Position numbers and translations under genes: made by a program | Shown: piece after piece, positions 28,186 to 36,989 of the stretch | How positions within the stretch are numbered: position 1 is the stretch's first letter | How the letters are laid out: each line of letters starts with the position of its first letter | The notes under the pieces: model-generated | Seen by the model: the letters and a program-made list of their open reading frames with translations, nothing else | The model's database searches: none | What the model was told of the DNA's origin: nothing | NCBI GenBank assembly: GCA_003345545.1 | Contig: PRDH01000039.1 | Location: forward strand, 64,001 to 128,000 | DNA: 64,000 bases | Source of the DNA: Candidatus Thorarchaeota archaeon | Lineage (GTDB): Archaea; Asgardarchaeota; Thorarchaeia; Thorarchaeales; Thorarchaeaceae | Direction of reading: 5' to 3'

Positions 28186-29265
28186 ATGTCCGCGGAGCGT
28201 CAGAAACTCAAACGCAAGGTAGAGCAGCTCAAGGCCTTTAAAGGACGGCACAGTTCTTTCACTACTCTCTATATTCCTCCCACGAAGGCACTGACAGATG
28301 TAGTCACTTTCGTGAAGACTGAACTAGCCGGCGCTGACAACATCAAGAGCAAGACAAACCGCAAGAATGTTGCAGATAACCTGACTGCGATTCTCAGTGA
28401 ACTCACTAAGGTTCGCAGCTTGCCTCCTACAGGAATGGTCTTTTTCTTTGGCATCGAAGAGGTAGGTGGGATTGGTAGACCAATCCGCGAGATAGTGGTT
28501 CCACCATCACCAATCTCTCAGTTCGTCTATACATGCGGCCGCGAATTCATAACTGAAGAGCTCGAGGCCATGACTCACCCTAGAAGTCTAATCGTGATTG
28601 TACTCCTTGAAGGTGGCAAAGTCACAATTGGCTATCTTCGCGGCAAGCATATGGAACTTGTACGGGATGAGGACTTTTACATTATAGGAAAGACTAGAGC
28701 TGGTGGACAGAGTGCAAACCGATATCTCAGAATTCGTGAGGAGAAACTGCAGGAGTTCTTCAAGCACGTAGGTCGGATGCTAGGAGAGCTACTGATTGAC
28801 AATATTGCCAATGTGGATGCCATAGTGCTTGGCGGCAATACAATCAGATGTCTAGAATTCCTCGACAAGGGGGACCTTGACTACAGAATAAGGAACAAGA
28901 TTGTAGATACGATAATACCTGTAAGTGTGATTGATGAAACCGGTCTCTTTCAAGCAATGAAGGAAGCATCTAGGATTCTAAAAGAGACCGAGATATACGC
29001 GGAGCGTCAGGCTTGGGATGGTTTCTTGGAGGATCTCATGAAGGGGTCGAATACAATAGCCTATGGAAAGAAAGAGGTTCTCGAGGCGCTCAAGATGGGG
29101 CGTGTGCAGACTCTTCTGATCACAGAGGATCTTGCTAACCAAATGGACTCGCTATACGATGATGTTACCCAATATGGCTCCGAGCTCCTCGTGTTCTCAA
29201 ATCAGACGGAGTCCGGAGCTGAGTTGAAGTCCTTTGGCGGAATGGCTGCTCGTCTTCGATACTAG
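28186..29265 (+). CDS. prf1: Peptide chain release factor aRF1
   Basis: LYIPP, NIKS, YTCGREF (YxCxxxF), GGQS, AYG..EV and FGG.AA.LRY motifs. Confidence 0.92.
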   Translation: MSAERQKLKRKVEQLKAFKGRHSSFTTLYIPPTKALTDVVTFVKTELAGADNIKSKTNRKNVADNLTAILSELTKVRSLPPTGMVFFFGIEEVGGIGRPIREIVVPPSPISQFVYTCGREFITEELEAMTHPRSLIVIVLLEGGKVTIGYLRGKHMELVRDEDFYIIGKTRAGGQSANRYLRIREEKLQEFFKHVGRMLGELLIDNIANVDAIVLGGNTIRCLEFLDKGDLDYRIRNKIVDTIIPVSVIDETGLFQAMKEASRILKETEIYAERQAWDGFLEDLMKGSNTIAYGKKEVLEALKMGRVQTLLITEDLANQMDSLYDDVTQYGSELLVFSNQTESGAELKSFGGMAARLRY

Positions 29266-29280
29266 TCCATACAGATTGAC

Positions 29281-29697
29281 CTATTCTCGTGGCGGCTTCG
29301 GTATCTCAGTCAAGGTGATAATATCCTCAATCCATTTCGCCAGTTCTTGCCCAATAGACTCAATGTACTGCAGCAATGAGTCGGCGTATTTGGTCAGGTG
29401 CTGTTGTTCAAGACTCTTGGACTTCTCAGTGAATTCCTTGATTCGTTTTGGTAATCCTATTGACCATCTACCTGTCGTCAATTCTGCTTTTCTATCACTG
29501 AGGACCTTCTTGGCGACTCTCTTCTTCCGACTAAGGTCAACAAGCTCTTCCAGCAACTTTTGAACCGCGATGGTTGCTGCTACTAACCCCTTGGCATCTA
29601 TCTTAGATTCCTTGTCTCTGCTCGTATAGTAAACTTGCTTTAGATCTCTCTTGGCAGCAACTACGTTGGCGAGGAGTTTCAATAATTCGTGAGCCAT
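29281..29697 (-). CDS. Hypothetical helical protein
   Basis: Plausible 138-aa ORF with a GGAGG SD. Confidence 0.65.
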   Translation of the reverse strand: MAHELLKLLANVVAAKRDLKQVYYTSRDKESKIDAKGLVAATIAVQKLLEELVDLSRKKRVAKKVLSDRKAELTTGRWSIGLPKRIKEFTEKSKSLEQQHLTKYADSLLQYIESIGQELAKWIEDIITLTEIPKPPRE

Positions 29698-29751
29698 GAT
29701 GCCTTCATTCCCTCCTCGAACGTATAAAGGTCTATGTTTCTTTAGTTGCCT

Positions 29752-30414
29752 TCAGACAGCTGAGTAATTGCATTCTCCACTTGTGGAAAATGGGCATACT
29801 GTGCACTTGGTTTCGCTAGGCGATGCTCTAGGGAGCCGCTTGTTGTACCAGACTTCATCAAGCCTTTTCAGATGCATACGAATCTCATCAGGATTGAATT
29901 TCCTCTTGAAGACTCTCGCATCTCCACAGTTCCAGCAGTTTCTTCCTAGTTTGTCTTGAAGGCACTGCTTCGCAGTGTCCTGAAGACAATACACAGTGAC
30001 AAGTCTGGCTAATCTACACGAGACTCCACTCTCCGCCAAGGCAAGCGAATACAGCCCGGCCTGAAAGAGGTCCTCCGGTTTCATCTTGCTCGGCAGGCGA
30101 TTAACTGGGAACTTGTGCTCAATCAGCGCGTCTAGAATCGGAACGTCGTCCCAATGCAGAACTGCACCATCAAGCCTGCCAATGAACCGGTGAGCAAATG
30201 ATCTCACCTGCTCTTCGCTGAACAGATAATACACGCCTCTATTGCGCTGACTTGGCCGCAGTGAGAGAAACTCGGTAAGGCTCAATGGCGCTCTCTTGGC
30301 CTTCTTGACGGACGACCAAACCGGACCTAGACTGAAGCTGGATCTCCCAAGTGATAATATGGAGACAATTATGATGAGAAGCGTGAATACCAGTATGCTC
30401 AACAGTTGTTGCAT
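29752..30414 (-). CDS. Cas4-like PD-(D/E)xK nuclease, C-terminal half, with N-terminal TM anchor
   Basis: GRLDG, LIEHK, FQAGLY (QxxxY) and C-terminal CTVCPF....C motifs; hydrophobic N-terminal helix. Confidence 0.75.
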   Translation of the reverse strand: MQQLLSILVFTLLIIIVSILSLGRSSFSLGPVWSSVKKAKRAPLSLTEFLSLRPSQRNRGVYYLFSEEQVRSFAHRFIGRLDGAVLHWDDVPILDALIEHKFPVNRLPSKMKPEDLFQAGLYSLALAESGVSCRLARLVTVYCLQDTAKQCLQDKLGRNCWNCGDARVFKRKFNPDEIRMHLKRLDEVWYNKRLPRASPSETKCTVCPFSTSGECNYSAV

Positions 30415-30418
30415 TTCA

Positions 30419-30679
30419 TCACCATACTATCCAAATGATTCCAAGGACCACTACTGCAATTATCCCAAAGATCGGCATCCATTGAGTGCCTCCTGGTTCA
30501 TGAGTCCTTATTGTGGACACTAGATTATGAAGCATCGTGCCATCGATGCTTGCTTTACTGACTGCGTTACTCTGCCTTTGCGTTAGATAGAATCTGTACT
30601 CACATAGGAATTGAGTTCTGAGTTCAGAAACCTCTCTGAATCTCGAGAACGACGTTCGTTCATCTTCAGTAAGCCGCAA
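30419..30679 (-). CDS. Cas4-like nuclease N-terminal fragment with C-terminal TM anchor
   Basis: VSELRTQFLCEYRFYL...GTMLH (Cas4 first Cys and G...H motif), followed by IFGIIAVVVLGIIWIVW. Confidence 0.7.
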   Translation of the reverse strand: MRLTEDERTSFSRFREVSELRTQFLCEYRFYLTQRQSNAVSKASIDGTMLHNLVSTIRTHEPGGTQWMPIFGIIAVVVLGIIWIVW

Positions 30680-30833
30680 CTTGATTCGTCTAATAGTTCC
30701 GTACGGCTATTGAAAAGGGGCACACCCCGAAGCGCAAGTCCGGAAGCAAACACTAGATGCTTTTATATTCGAGTTTTGGATGAATTCACAAACAGGATTT
30801 CACTCTGGAGAAAAAAGGGTGAGTGGTGATTAG

Positions 30834-31256
30834 ATGTCAGAGGATTCCTATGAAGGAGCAACAGCTGGAAGAGTACTCGTGTTTGGAAGTAGTGGATCCG
30901 TGAAATTCCCAACTGCTTTCAAGAATGCGATGGGAACAGATCGCGGCTTGATGGTGCTCGTGCATAAAGATCGACTCATCAAAATTTTCCCTCTAGATAG
31001 TGACGAGGTGCTCTTCTTGAGTCTCGAAATTGGAAAACTCAGCAACGACTTCCTCACAAAGCTATCCCAAATCTTCAAGAGAGCTGGTCTTGTAGATCTC
31101 TTGTTCTCTACAGGTGTCTGTCTTCGAGGAACGAGGTGTTTCTACGAGTGCTATTTCAATCCGAGTCAACTCAGTTCCGATACGAATGAGCTTGAGAGTT
31201 CTCTGAAAGTTCTTGATGGAGTTCAGAGAGTTCTGATTCAGAAGGTAGAAGTATAG
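30834..31256 (+). CDS. Putative AbrB-like plus ACT-like regulator
   Basis: GSVKFPTAFKNAMG at the N-terminus; ACT-like L.KLSQIF...L..L..LDGVQRV. Confidence 0.5.
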   Translation: MSEDSYEGATAGRVLVFGSSGSVKFPTAFKNAMGTDRGLMVLVHKDRLIKIFPLDSDEVLFLSLEIGKLSNDFLTKLSQIFKRAGLVDLLFSTGVCLRGTRCFYECYFNPSQLSSDTNELESSLKVLDGVQRVLIQKVEV

Positions 31257-31285
31257 TTTCAGGAAGGCTTTGATCTTCCTTCGTT

Positions 31286-31966
31286 TTGATTCCGGGTGTA
31301 TTCTCCTTGCAGGACATCATTCTCTTCATAACCGACATGATTAGTCAGGGGTATCTGGGACTTCTCATCATATGTTTCATGATTAACATGATTCCCTTCT
31401 TGAGCCCCAGCAACATGGTTCTTGCAGGGGCAGCAGTACTACTACTCCCGAGCTTCAATCCCTTCATTGTTGGGTTTGTGGTGGCAATATCCGCCACAAC
31501 TGCGAAACTTGTACATTTCTACGTCGTTCGTGGATCTCGTATGGTCCTGTCGCAAGAACGTCTAGCATCTCTTGACTCAGAAAAAAAGAGAGTCGAGAAA
31601 TGGGGCCCTCTTGCTCTCTTTATTGCCGCGGCTTCTCCGGTACCTGACGATCCACTCATTGTATATGTTGGGCTTGCCAAGTATAGCTCTGTGAAGTTCC
31701 TATTCAGTTATTTTACTGGAAAAGTGATTGTGACAACCCTGGGTGCACTGATAGGATACGGTGTCGGTGGCTATTTTGAGTCCATGCCCATCGTGTTAGC
31801 TTCAATTGCCCTGACTGCGTTGATTACGGGATTTCTGTGCAAGAGGAAGACTGAAGGAGAGTCATCTGACATGCTTCAGACTAATCTTGAAGCAGAGATA
31901 CATGATGACGATACGTCAGCTGATAAGGCGGCAGAATCGAATGATTCTGAGGAAGGCTCGGGATAG
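31286..31966 (+). CDS. DedA/VTT-domain membrane protein
   Basis: NMIPF, AASPVPDD...VGL..Y...KF...FTGK motifs; several TM segments. Confidence 0.8.
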   Translation: MIPGVFSLQDIILFITDMISQGYLGLLIICFMINMIPFLSPSNMVLAGAAVLLLPSFNPFIVGFVVAISATTAKLVHFYVVRGSRMVLSQERLASLDSEKKRVEKWGPLALFIAAASPVPDDPLIVYVGLAKYSSVKFLFSYFTGKVIVTTLGALIGYGVGGYFESMPIVLASIALTALITGFLCKRKTEGESSDMLQTNLEAEIHDDDTSADKAAESNDSEEGSG

Positions 31967-32030
31967 CTCGCCAACTCACCTACTTCGGTAATCTTAAGTG
32001 ACCACGCATACACTCTCACGCCAATTCTAG

Positions 32031-32435
32031 GTGACAAGATTGACCGGAACAAGCATAGCTGAGATAGAATGCGAGAAGTGCAAAACAGTTTTCGAAACAC
32101 AAGTGATTGAGCACATCGACCTATCTGAAGACCGCGAAATCATCAAGGCGCTGAGGATTGGTAAAGCTAATCGGGCTCAGTGCCCGAAATGCAAGAAAGT
32201 TATGTACTTGGACCGGAGTATTGTGGTAAACTTTGAACCAGAGAATCGAATTGTAGTATATGATCCGAACGCTACATCTCAGGAGGCCAAAGAGAGTCTT
32301 CAGAGCGAATACGATAGTATCATTGCCTTCAATGAGATTCTGAAGGAAATTGGGGCGGAAACAGAATTCTCTATCTTCACTTCTCTTGATGATCTGAAGC
32401 CCCTTCTTGACGAGTACGAAAAGACCCACAGATAG
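32031..32435 (+). CDS. CpXC-domain zinc-binding protein
   Basis: CEKC...F.......I......L..G......CPKC pattern. Confidence 0.75.
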   Translation: MTRLTGTSIAEIECEKCKTVFETQVIEHIDLSEDREIIKALRIGKANRAQCPKCKKVMYLDRSIVVNFEPENRIVVYDPNATSQEAKESLQSEYDSIIAFNEILKEIGAETEFSIFTSLDDLKPLLDEYEKTHR

Positions 32436-32436
32436 A

Positions 32437-33504
32437 CTAGAGTCTCTTCTTGCCCAAGAGGAATTCTTCAACCCAACGCTCTGCTCGATACATCGTTGTA
32501 GGCGTAGGCGGCATTTTGAAACCATATGCGGAGATGGACTCAAGTGAACCTCCTATACCTCTCTTCAAAGCCAGCTTTGTTCCCCTGATGGCATCCAGCA
32601 GGATAGGTCCAGCATTTGGCCCATCTGTCACTTCCATTCTGATATCTATCTTAATTGGAGCGCCACCGAATTGACGTCCGTTGATATAGAAGAATGAATC
32701 GCGGCTGTTATCCATGAAATCAACATAGTCTGATGACCCTGCAACGAGTGGAGCATCATAGGGCAAGTCTTGGCTTATTGCTGCGCTCTTGACGCCTCTC
32801 TTTCTCATTCTGCCTCTGTAGTGAGAGTCCAACGATTCCGCACCGCCACCAACATCAAGTTGATAGCTCTTGTCCACCTTCACACCTCTTGCAACCAGAA
32901 GCTGCAGAATACTGCGATGTAGGACTGTGGAGCCCAGTTGATCCTGAATATCGTCACCGATAAGCGGGAGTCCCTTCTTCTCGAACTTCTTATTCCACTC
33001 AAGATCTGAAGCTATTGATATTGGCGTCGCGTTGATGAAGGCGCACCCTGCGTCTAACGCTGCTTTTGCATAGTACTTTGTAGCATCTTCTGCTGAACCA
33101 GGCAAGAGATTGACAAGAATCTCTGCACCTGCGTCCTTGAGCACCTTGACAACATTCGCATCAGGTGCGTTGGAGAGACTCACAAGTGTCTGAAGCATTT
33201 CATCGACTCCATCCAATAATGGACCCTTGGCGACAATGACACCGGTCTTAGGAACTTTCGAAAAGCGCATCACATTGTTGGGTTTTGCAAAGATTGCCTC
33301 AGAGAGGTCAAAACCAATCTTTGTATCAGCAACGTCGAAAGCTGCGACAAACTCAATATCACTCACGTGGAATCCTGCGAAATCGGGATGAGCTAAACCA
33401 GGTACATCTCCCTCTGTCTTCACATTCTTGTAGTACTCTACTCCTTGGACTAGAGCACTTGCAACATTTCCAACTCCAACAATTGCTACTTTGATTCCAT
33501 CCAA
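32437..33504 (-). CDS. ino1: Myo-inositol-1-phosphate synthase
   Basis: IKVAIVGVGN.AS.LVQG..YY, FVAAFDV, GDDI..Q.G.T..HR, D.PN.G and SAY..K.PP motifs. TTG start after GAGGTGG. Confidence 0.92.
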   Translation of the reverse strand: MDGIKVAIVGVGNVASALVQGVEYYKNVKTEGDVPGLAHPDFAGFHVSDIEFVAAFDVADTKIGFDLSEAIFAKPNNVMRFSKVPKTGVIVAKGPLLDGVDEMLQTLVSLSNAPDANVVKVLKDAGAEILVNLLPGSAEDATKYYAKAALDAGCAFINATPISIASDLEWNKKFEKKGLPLIGDDIQDQLGSTVLHRSILQLLVARGVKVDKSYQLDVGGGAESLDSHYRGRMRKRGVKSAAISQDLPYDAPLVAGSSDYVDFMDNSRDSFFYINGRQFGGAPIKIDIRMEVTDGPNAGPILLDAIRGTKLALKRGIGGSLESISAYGFKMPPTPTTMYRAERWVEEFLLGKKRL

Positions 33505-33553
33505 TTGTTCCACCTCTGGTTCTTTTCGGACCTCTCTTGTCAATGTCTTATAT

Positions 33554-33577
33554 ACTATTCTATTGATATAGAATAGT
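33554..33577. promoter_or_regulatory. Palindromic operator-like site between the ino1 promoter and the candidate ncRNA promoter
   Basis: ACTATTCTAT-TGAT-ATAGAATAGT, perfect 10-bp arms. Confidence 0.55.
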
Positions 33578-33633
33578 TAGACAATCGTTGTTGGGGAGGA
33601 AGAGTTTATGTTGGTATCTTACGTATATTTCAC

Positions 33634-33869
33634 TGGACGATTGGCCGACACCATGTTGCTCCATGCGTCGTCGGTAGTCGTGGGAACGACGCAGATACAC
33701 TTAGTGGTCTATGCGAATGTCCCGTCGCGGGAGATTCGCCTCTCACCGAAAAGGTTCAGGGAGATACCCGAATAGTGTGTTCAGCGAGCACCACTCATGA
33801 TCAAAGAGAAAAGAGGGTGGACCTCGAGCCCCAAAAATGGGCACCAAAAAGGGCGTTGGCCTTCGTCCA
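33634..33869 (+). ncRNA. Candidate ~236-nt highly structured ncRNA (copy B)
   Basis: Closing helix TGGACGA/TCGTCCA plus GGCCGAC/GTTGGCC. Nested helices TGCTC/GAGCA, TGCGTCGT/ACGACGCA, ATACAC/GTGTGT, GCGAAT-TCCCG/CGGGA-ATTCGC, CCACTC/GGGTGG and GCCC/GGGC. TTTATG lies 29 nt upstream; no ORF of 60 aa or more. Confidence 0.6.
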
Positions 33870-33882
33870 CTCATTGTTCTGA

Positions 33883-35052
33883 CTAATTCTCCTCAAGTTG
33901 CTCTGACAGGAGCTCCATGATATCTAGGACTCTCACTCTACTGCTGATACTCTCTGCGCCTTCTTTCAGATTACGCACGCAGAATGGGCAAGCTGTTGCT
34001 AGAATATCCGCCCTGACCCCCTCTGCAGTCTTCACTCTGTCAGCAGCAATCCTTCTGGCAAGGGACACATCAAATGAACGCAGACCTCCTCCAGCCCCAC
34101 AGCACATTGCTGCTTCCCTATTGGGGGTCATCTCAACAAGCTCTACACTGGGGATTGCCTTTATGATTTCTCTGGGCTCTTCGTAGACTCCTAGCGCTCT
34201 CCCCAGATGGCAGGGGTCATGCCATGTGACTCTCCTTTGCCTGTCACCACCCCTCAGTATCAGTTTTCCACCTTTGATAGCAGACTCGAGGAATTCAACC
34301 ACGTGCACCACTTTCGGCATATCTAGACCAAAGTACTCTGAATAATCCTCGCGGAGTGTCTTTAGGCATCCCGCACATGCAACGATGACTGTTTTTGCAC
34401 CGGACTCTTTGATACTCTGCATCACTCTCTCCGCATTCTCTCTTGCACTGTCAATGCGTCCTGTCCTTATCATGACACTTCCGCAACATGGCTCATCTTC
34501 CAGAACTGCAAAATCGTACCCAGCAGCTCTCAAGACTCGGGCTGCCGATTTTGCTGTTTCAGTCAATTTGAGACCTGCTGTACAGCCTGCAAAATACAGT
34601 ACGTCACCTGTGCTCGGAATGTCAAATCCTATCTCAGCCACCCAATCTCTACGTGTCTTATTCGTCTCGGTGTACGGATTATTGTATCTCAGAATCTTAT
34701 CCGCTATCGCATCACGTGACTCGTTCGGTATCTCATTGAGCACATCCCGCACGCTTTCCAAACACTTCGCAGGATCGAACTCAGCGGCGCAAATGGCAGT
34801 GCAATTGCCACAGAGTGTACATGTGTAGAGCGCTTCTGCATTCTCCGCGGTCTTCATAAGTCTTCCTTCGAGCAGAGCAATGGCTACCTGAATTCTGCCC
34901 CGCATGAAGCTAGTTTCAAAACCAGAGGAGTTCTTCCAGACGGGACATACTCCATCAAAACCTCTGTCTTCATAGACTGCATTTCGACACATGCCGCATC
35001 TGCGACATTGTGCCAAGTTCTCCATCAATTCATCAATGCGAGCACCAGTCAT
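33883..35052 (-). CDS. Fe-S oxidoreductase with 4Fe-4S and CCG domains (GlcF/HdrD-like)
   Basis: CRRCGMC, CTLCGNC...C, EPCCGS, WHDPCHLGR, CCGAGG and TACPFC motifs. Confidence 0.9.
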   Translation of the reverse strand: MTGARIDELMENLAQCRRCGMCRNAVYEDRGFDGVCPVWKNSSGFETSFMRGRIQVAIALLEGRLMKTAENAEALYTCTLCGNCTAICAAEFDPAKCLESVRDVLNEIPNESRDAIADKILRYNNPYTETNKTRRDWVAEIGFDIPSTGDVLYFAGCTAGLKLTETAKSAARVLRAAGYDFAVLEDEPCCGSVMIRTGRIDSARENAERVMQSIKESGAKTVIVACAGCLKTLREDYSEYFGLDMPKVVHVVEFLESAIKGGKLILRGGDRQRRVTWHDPCHLGRALGVYEEPREIIKAIPSVELVEMTPNREAAMCCGAGGGLRSFDVSLARRIAADRVKTAEGVRADILATACPFCVRNLKEGAESISSRVRVLDIMELLSEQLEEN

Positions 35053-35110
35053 TGTCAGAGTCCCCCTAATGTCCGTGGCGGCCTGATTCCATCGGGATCA
35101 CCAGACCTTT

Positions 35111-36538
35111 TCATTGCTCTTCACTTACATGTTCAATCCCTGGAATGACGCCAGGATTCATGATATTGTTGGGATCGACTGCTTCTTTTATGTCGCGAAG
35201 GAACTCCAAGTAGGTTTGCATCTCTGTTATCCCATCCACCCAATATGGTGCAAGTTTGAATGGAACCGCACCTGTCTTGAAGAGGCGTTTTGAGAGCTCC
35301 TTGTGAGCTGCACGTGCTTTGATTTCTTCATCTTTATCTTGCGGGTCATAGAATATCTGAGGATAGTAGTTGTATGATCCATGCCCAGACTGAAATCCGG
35401 CAGTGTGACCAGCAATGCCGTACTCGTCAAAGAGAGGCCACATCTCTTCTATAGTACGATGCCACTGCGACTGAGGTTGGTGATGGTACAGGATTCGCCA
35501 GTGCCAACCGTGGACATAGGATGACCTTGCAAGCTCTCGCATGCGATCATTCCATTCCCCCCGCGGGAGTTCACGAATGCCAATGACCTGTCCCCCGACT
35601 CTTTCGCAGGCCTCTCTGGCAGCTATGACGTCGTTCTCCAACTGATTCTCTCTTACTCTTCCTATCACCATAGATATGGTGACGGGTGGCCATTCGTGCT
35701 TTGGGACTCCATACTCCTCTCCTACCATTTCCAGAAAGAAATCCAGAATTCTACCCTCATATATCGCAATCCAGACCGTGCTCAAGTCATCCTGTTTCAC
35801 CTCAAACACGAATCTCTCAGCGTCTTGGGCGCTTTGAAAGCCATATGTGTTGTAATCGAAGTAGTGCATTCTCTTGAAGGTCTTCAGAGATACTTTCGTG
35901 ATGATTCCAAAAGCTCCTAGTGAACCGATGAACAGTCCTGTCAGATCAGGGCCGAAGGCATAACGGAGGAATGGCCCTGGAGCATTGGGGTTGGCCTCAG
36001 AACCCGTTTGTATGATTTCGCCATTAGGCAGGACCACCTCAAGACCCAGAACAAGCTCAGCAATGCATCCGAATCTGCTTGAACCAAAACCTGCTCCGTT
36101 GACTGCCACATTTCCAGCAATTGTAGCACTCAAGGAGGAACCGGGATAGATAGGTAGCCATAGGTCATACTTATTGAGGAACTTGTCTAGCCTTCCAAAG
36201 TTGATGCCAGCGCCAACTTTCACAGAACGCAAGTCTTCATAAATGTGGATATCGTCTAGCCTCAAAAGGTCAACAACGAGTCCCCCCTTCTTGGGAATGA
36301 CCTCTCCCTGCAAGCTGGATCCTCCTGCGCGAGGGGTCACAGGTATCCTGTGCTTATTTGCGATCTTGATGACCTGCGACACTTGATGTGCATCTGCTGG
36401 TCTCACTACCGCTGCTGGCAGAACTGGTTCGTAGCTGGTAGAGGCCGATACTGAGTAAGTCAGTAGTACATCCTTCTTCGTGCTGACGAATTCCTCACCT
36501 ACGATGGCGACAAGCTTCTGCACAACTTCTTTTTTCAA
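35111..36538 (-). CDS. FAD-binding oxidoreductase (GlcD/VAO family)
   Basis: PRAGGSSL.G, ATIAGN, GLEVVLPNGEI, GSLGAFGIIT and DPNNIMNPG motifs. Confidence 0.9.
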   Translation of the reverse strand: MKKEVVQKLVAIVGEEFVSTKKDVLLTYSVSASTSYEPVLPAAVVRPADAHQVSQVIKIANKHRIPVTPRAGGSSLQGEVIPKKGGLVVDLLRLDDIHIYEDLRSVKVGAGINFGRLDKFLNKYDLWLPIYPGSSLSATIAGNVAVNGAGFGSSRFGCIAELVLGLEVVLPNGEIIQTGSEANPNAPGPFLRYAFGPDLTGLFIGSLGAFGIITKVSLKTFKRMHYFDYNTYGFQSAQDAERFVFEVKQDDLSTVWIAIYEGRILDFFLEMVGEEYGVPKHEWPPVTISMVIGRVRENQLENDVIAAREACERVGGQVIGIRELPRGEWNDRMRELARSSYVHGWHWRILYHHQPQSQWHRTIEEMWPLFDEYGIAGHTAGFQSGHGSYNYYPQIFYDPQDKDEEIKARAAHKELSKRLFKTGAVPFKLAPYWVDGITEMQTYLEFLRDIKEAVDPNNIMNPGVIPGIEHVSEEQ

Positions 36539-36564
36539 TTCCCGTCCTCCCGGGAATCCGGTTC

Positions 36565-36900
36565 TCAGAAGATATGTCTAATCTTCATGAGATCTGATGC
36601 CGAACCCTTGACCTTGAGCTTTCGCTTCAGGAGCGCTGATGCTGCGCTTGTTTCTTCTAAGAAGAGCTTCCGAATGGTATCTTCATCGCTTTCAATCTTC
36701 ATATCCGGATTATCGATACTTCCCGAGTTCACGACGATATTGTTGTCTTTAACCAGGAAGTTATACTCTTTGCCTTCCTTGAGCGTCAAGAGTGCTGTTC
36801 GTTCCCATCCATTGATGGCCTCCTTCGTCTTCTCTCGTTGGAGACCGTCTGCGACTTTTACTCGCATTAGTTCAAGCAAATCATCTGTCATACGGATCAC
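36565..36900 (-). CDS. SCP2 sterol/lipid-binding domain protein
   Basis: PDMKIESD...LF......A......KLKVKG..DL pattern. Confidence 0.8.
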   Translation of the reverse strand: MIRMTDDLLELMRVKVADGLQREKTKEAINGWERTALLTLKEGKEYNFLVKDNNIVVNSGSIDNPDMKIESDEDTIRKLFLEETSAASALLKRKLKVKGSASDLMKIRHIF

Positions 36901-36989
36901 TTCAGATTCATGTCGCAGTTCAGCGCAGGATTAAACTGTTTTCCTCCTTTAGGAGGGGTCTTCGACACAATGCGAGCTTTGTCGATTAG

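Noticed and set aside
30412-30421. Selenocysteine readthrough joining the two Cas4-like halves
   Set aside because: There are two consecutive TGA codons and the next ATG is out of frame.
29752-30679. CRISPR-Cas locus
   Set aside because: No repeat-spacer array and no cas1, cas2 or effector genes in the window.
33634-33869. RNase P RNA, SRP RNA, tRNA or tmRNA identity for the structured RNA
   Set aside because: Neither strand has a GAGGAAAGUCC/P4 pair, an SRP helix-8 CAGG..GGAA..AGCA motif or a T-loop GUUCRA; the 3' CCA is part of the closing helix.
35066-35113. TGA readthrough extending the FAD oxidoreductase
   Set aside because: The protein is already complete after DPNNIMNPG, and the extension is 14 uninformative residues ending at TAG.
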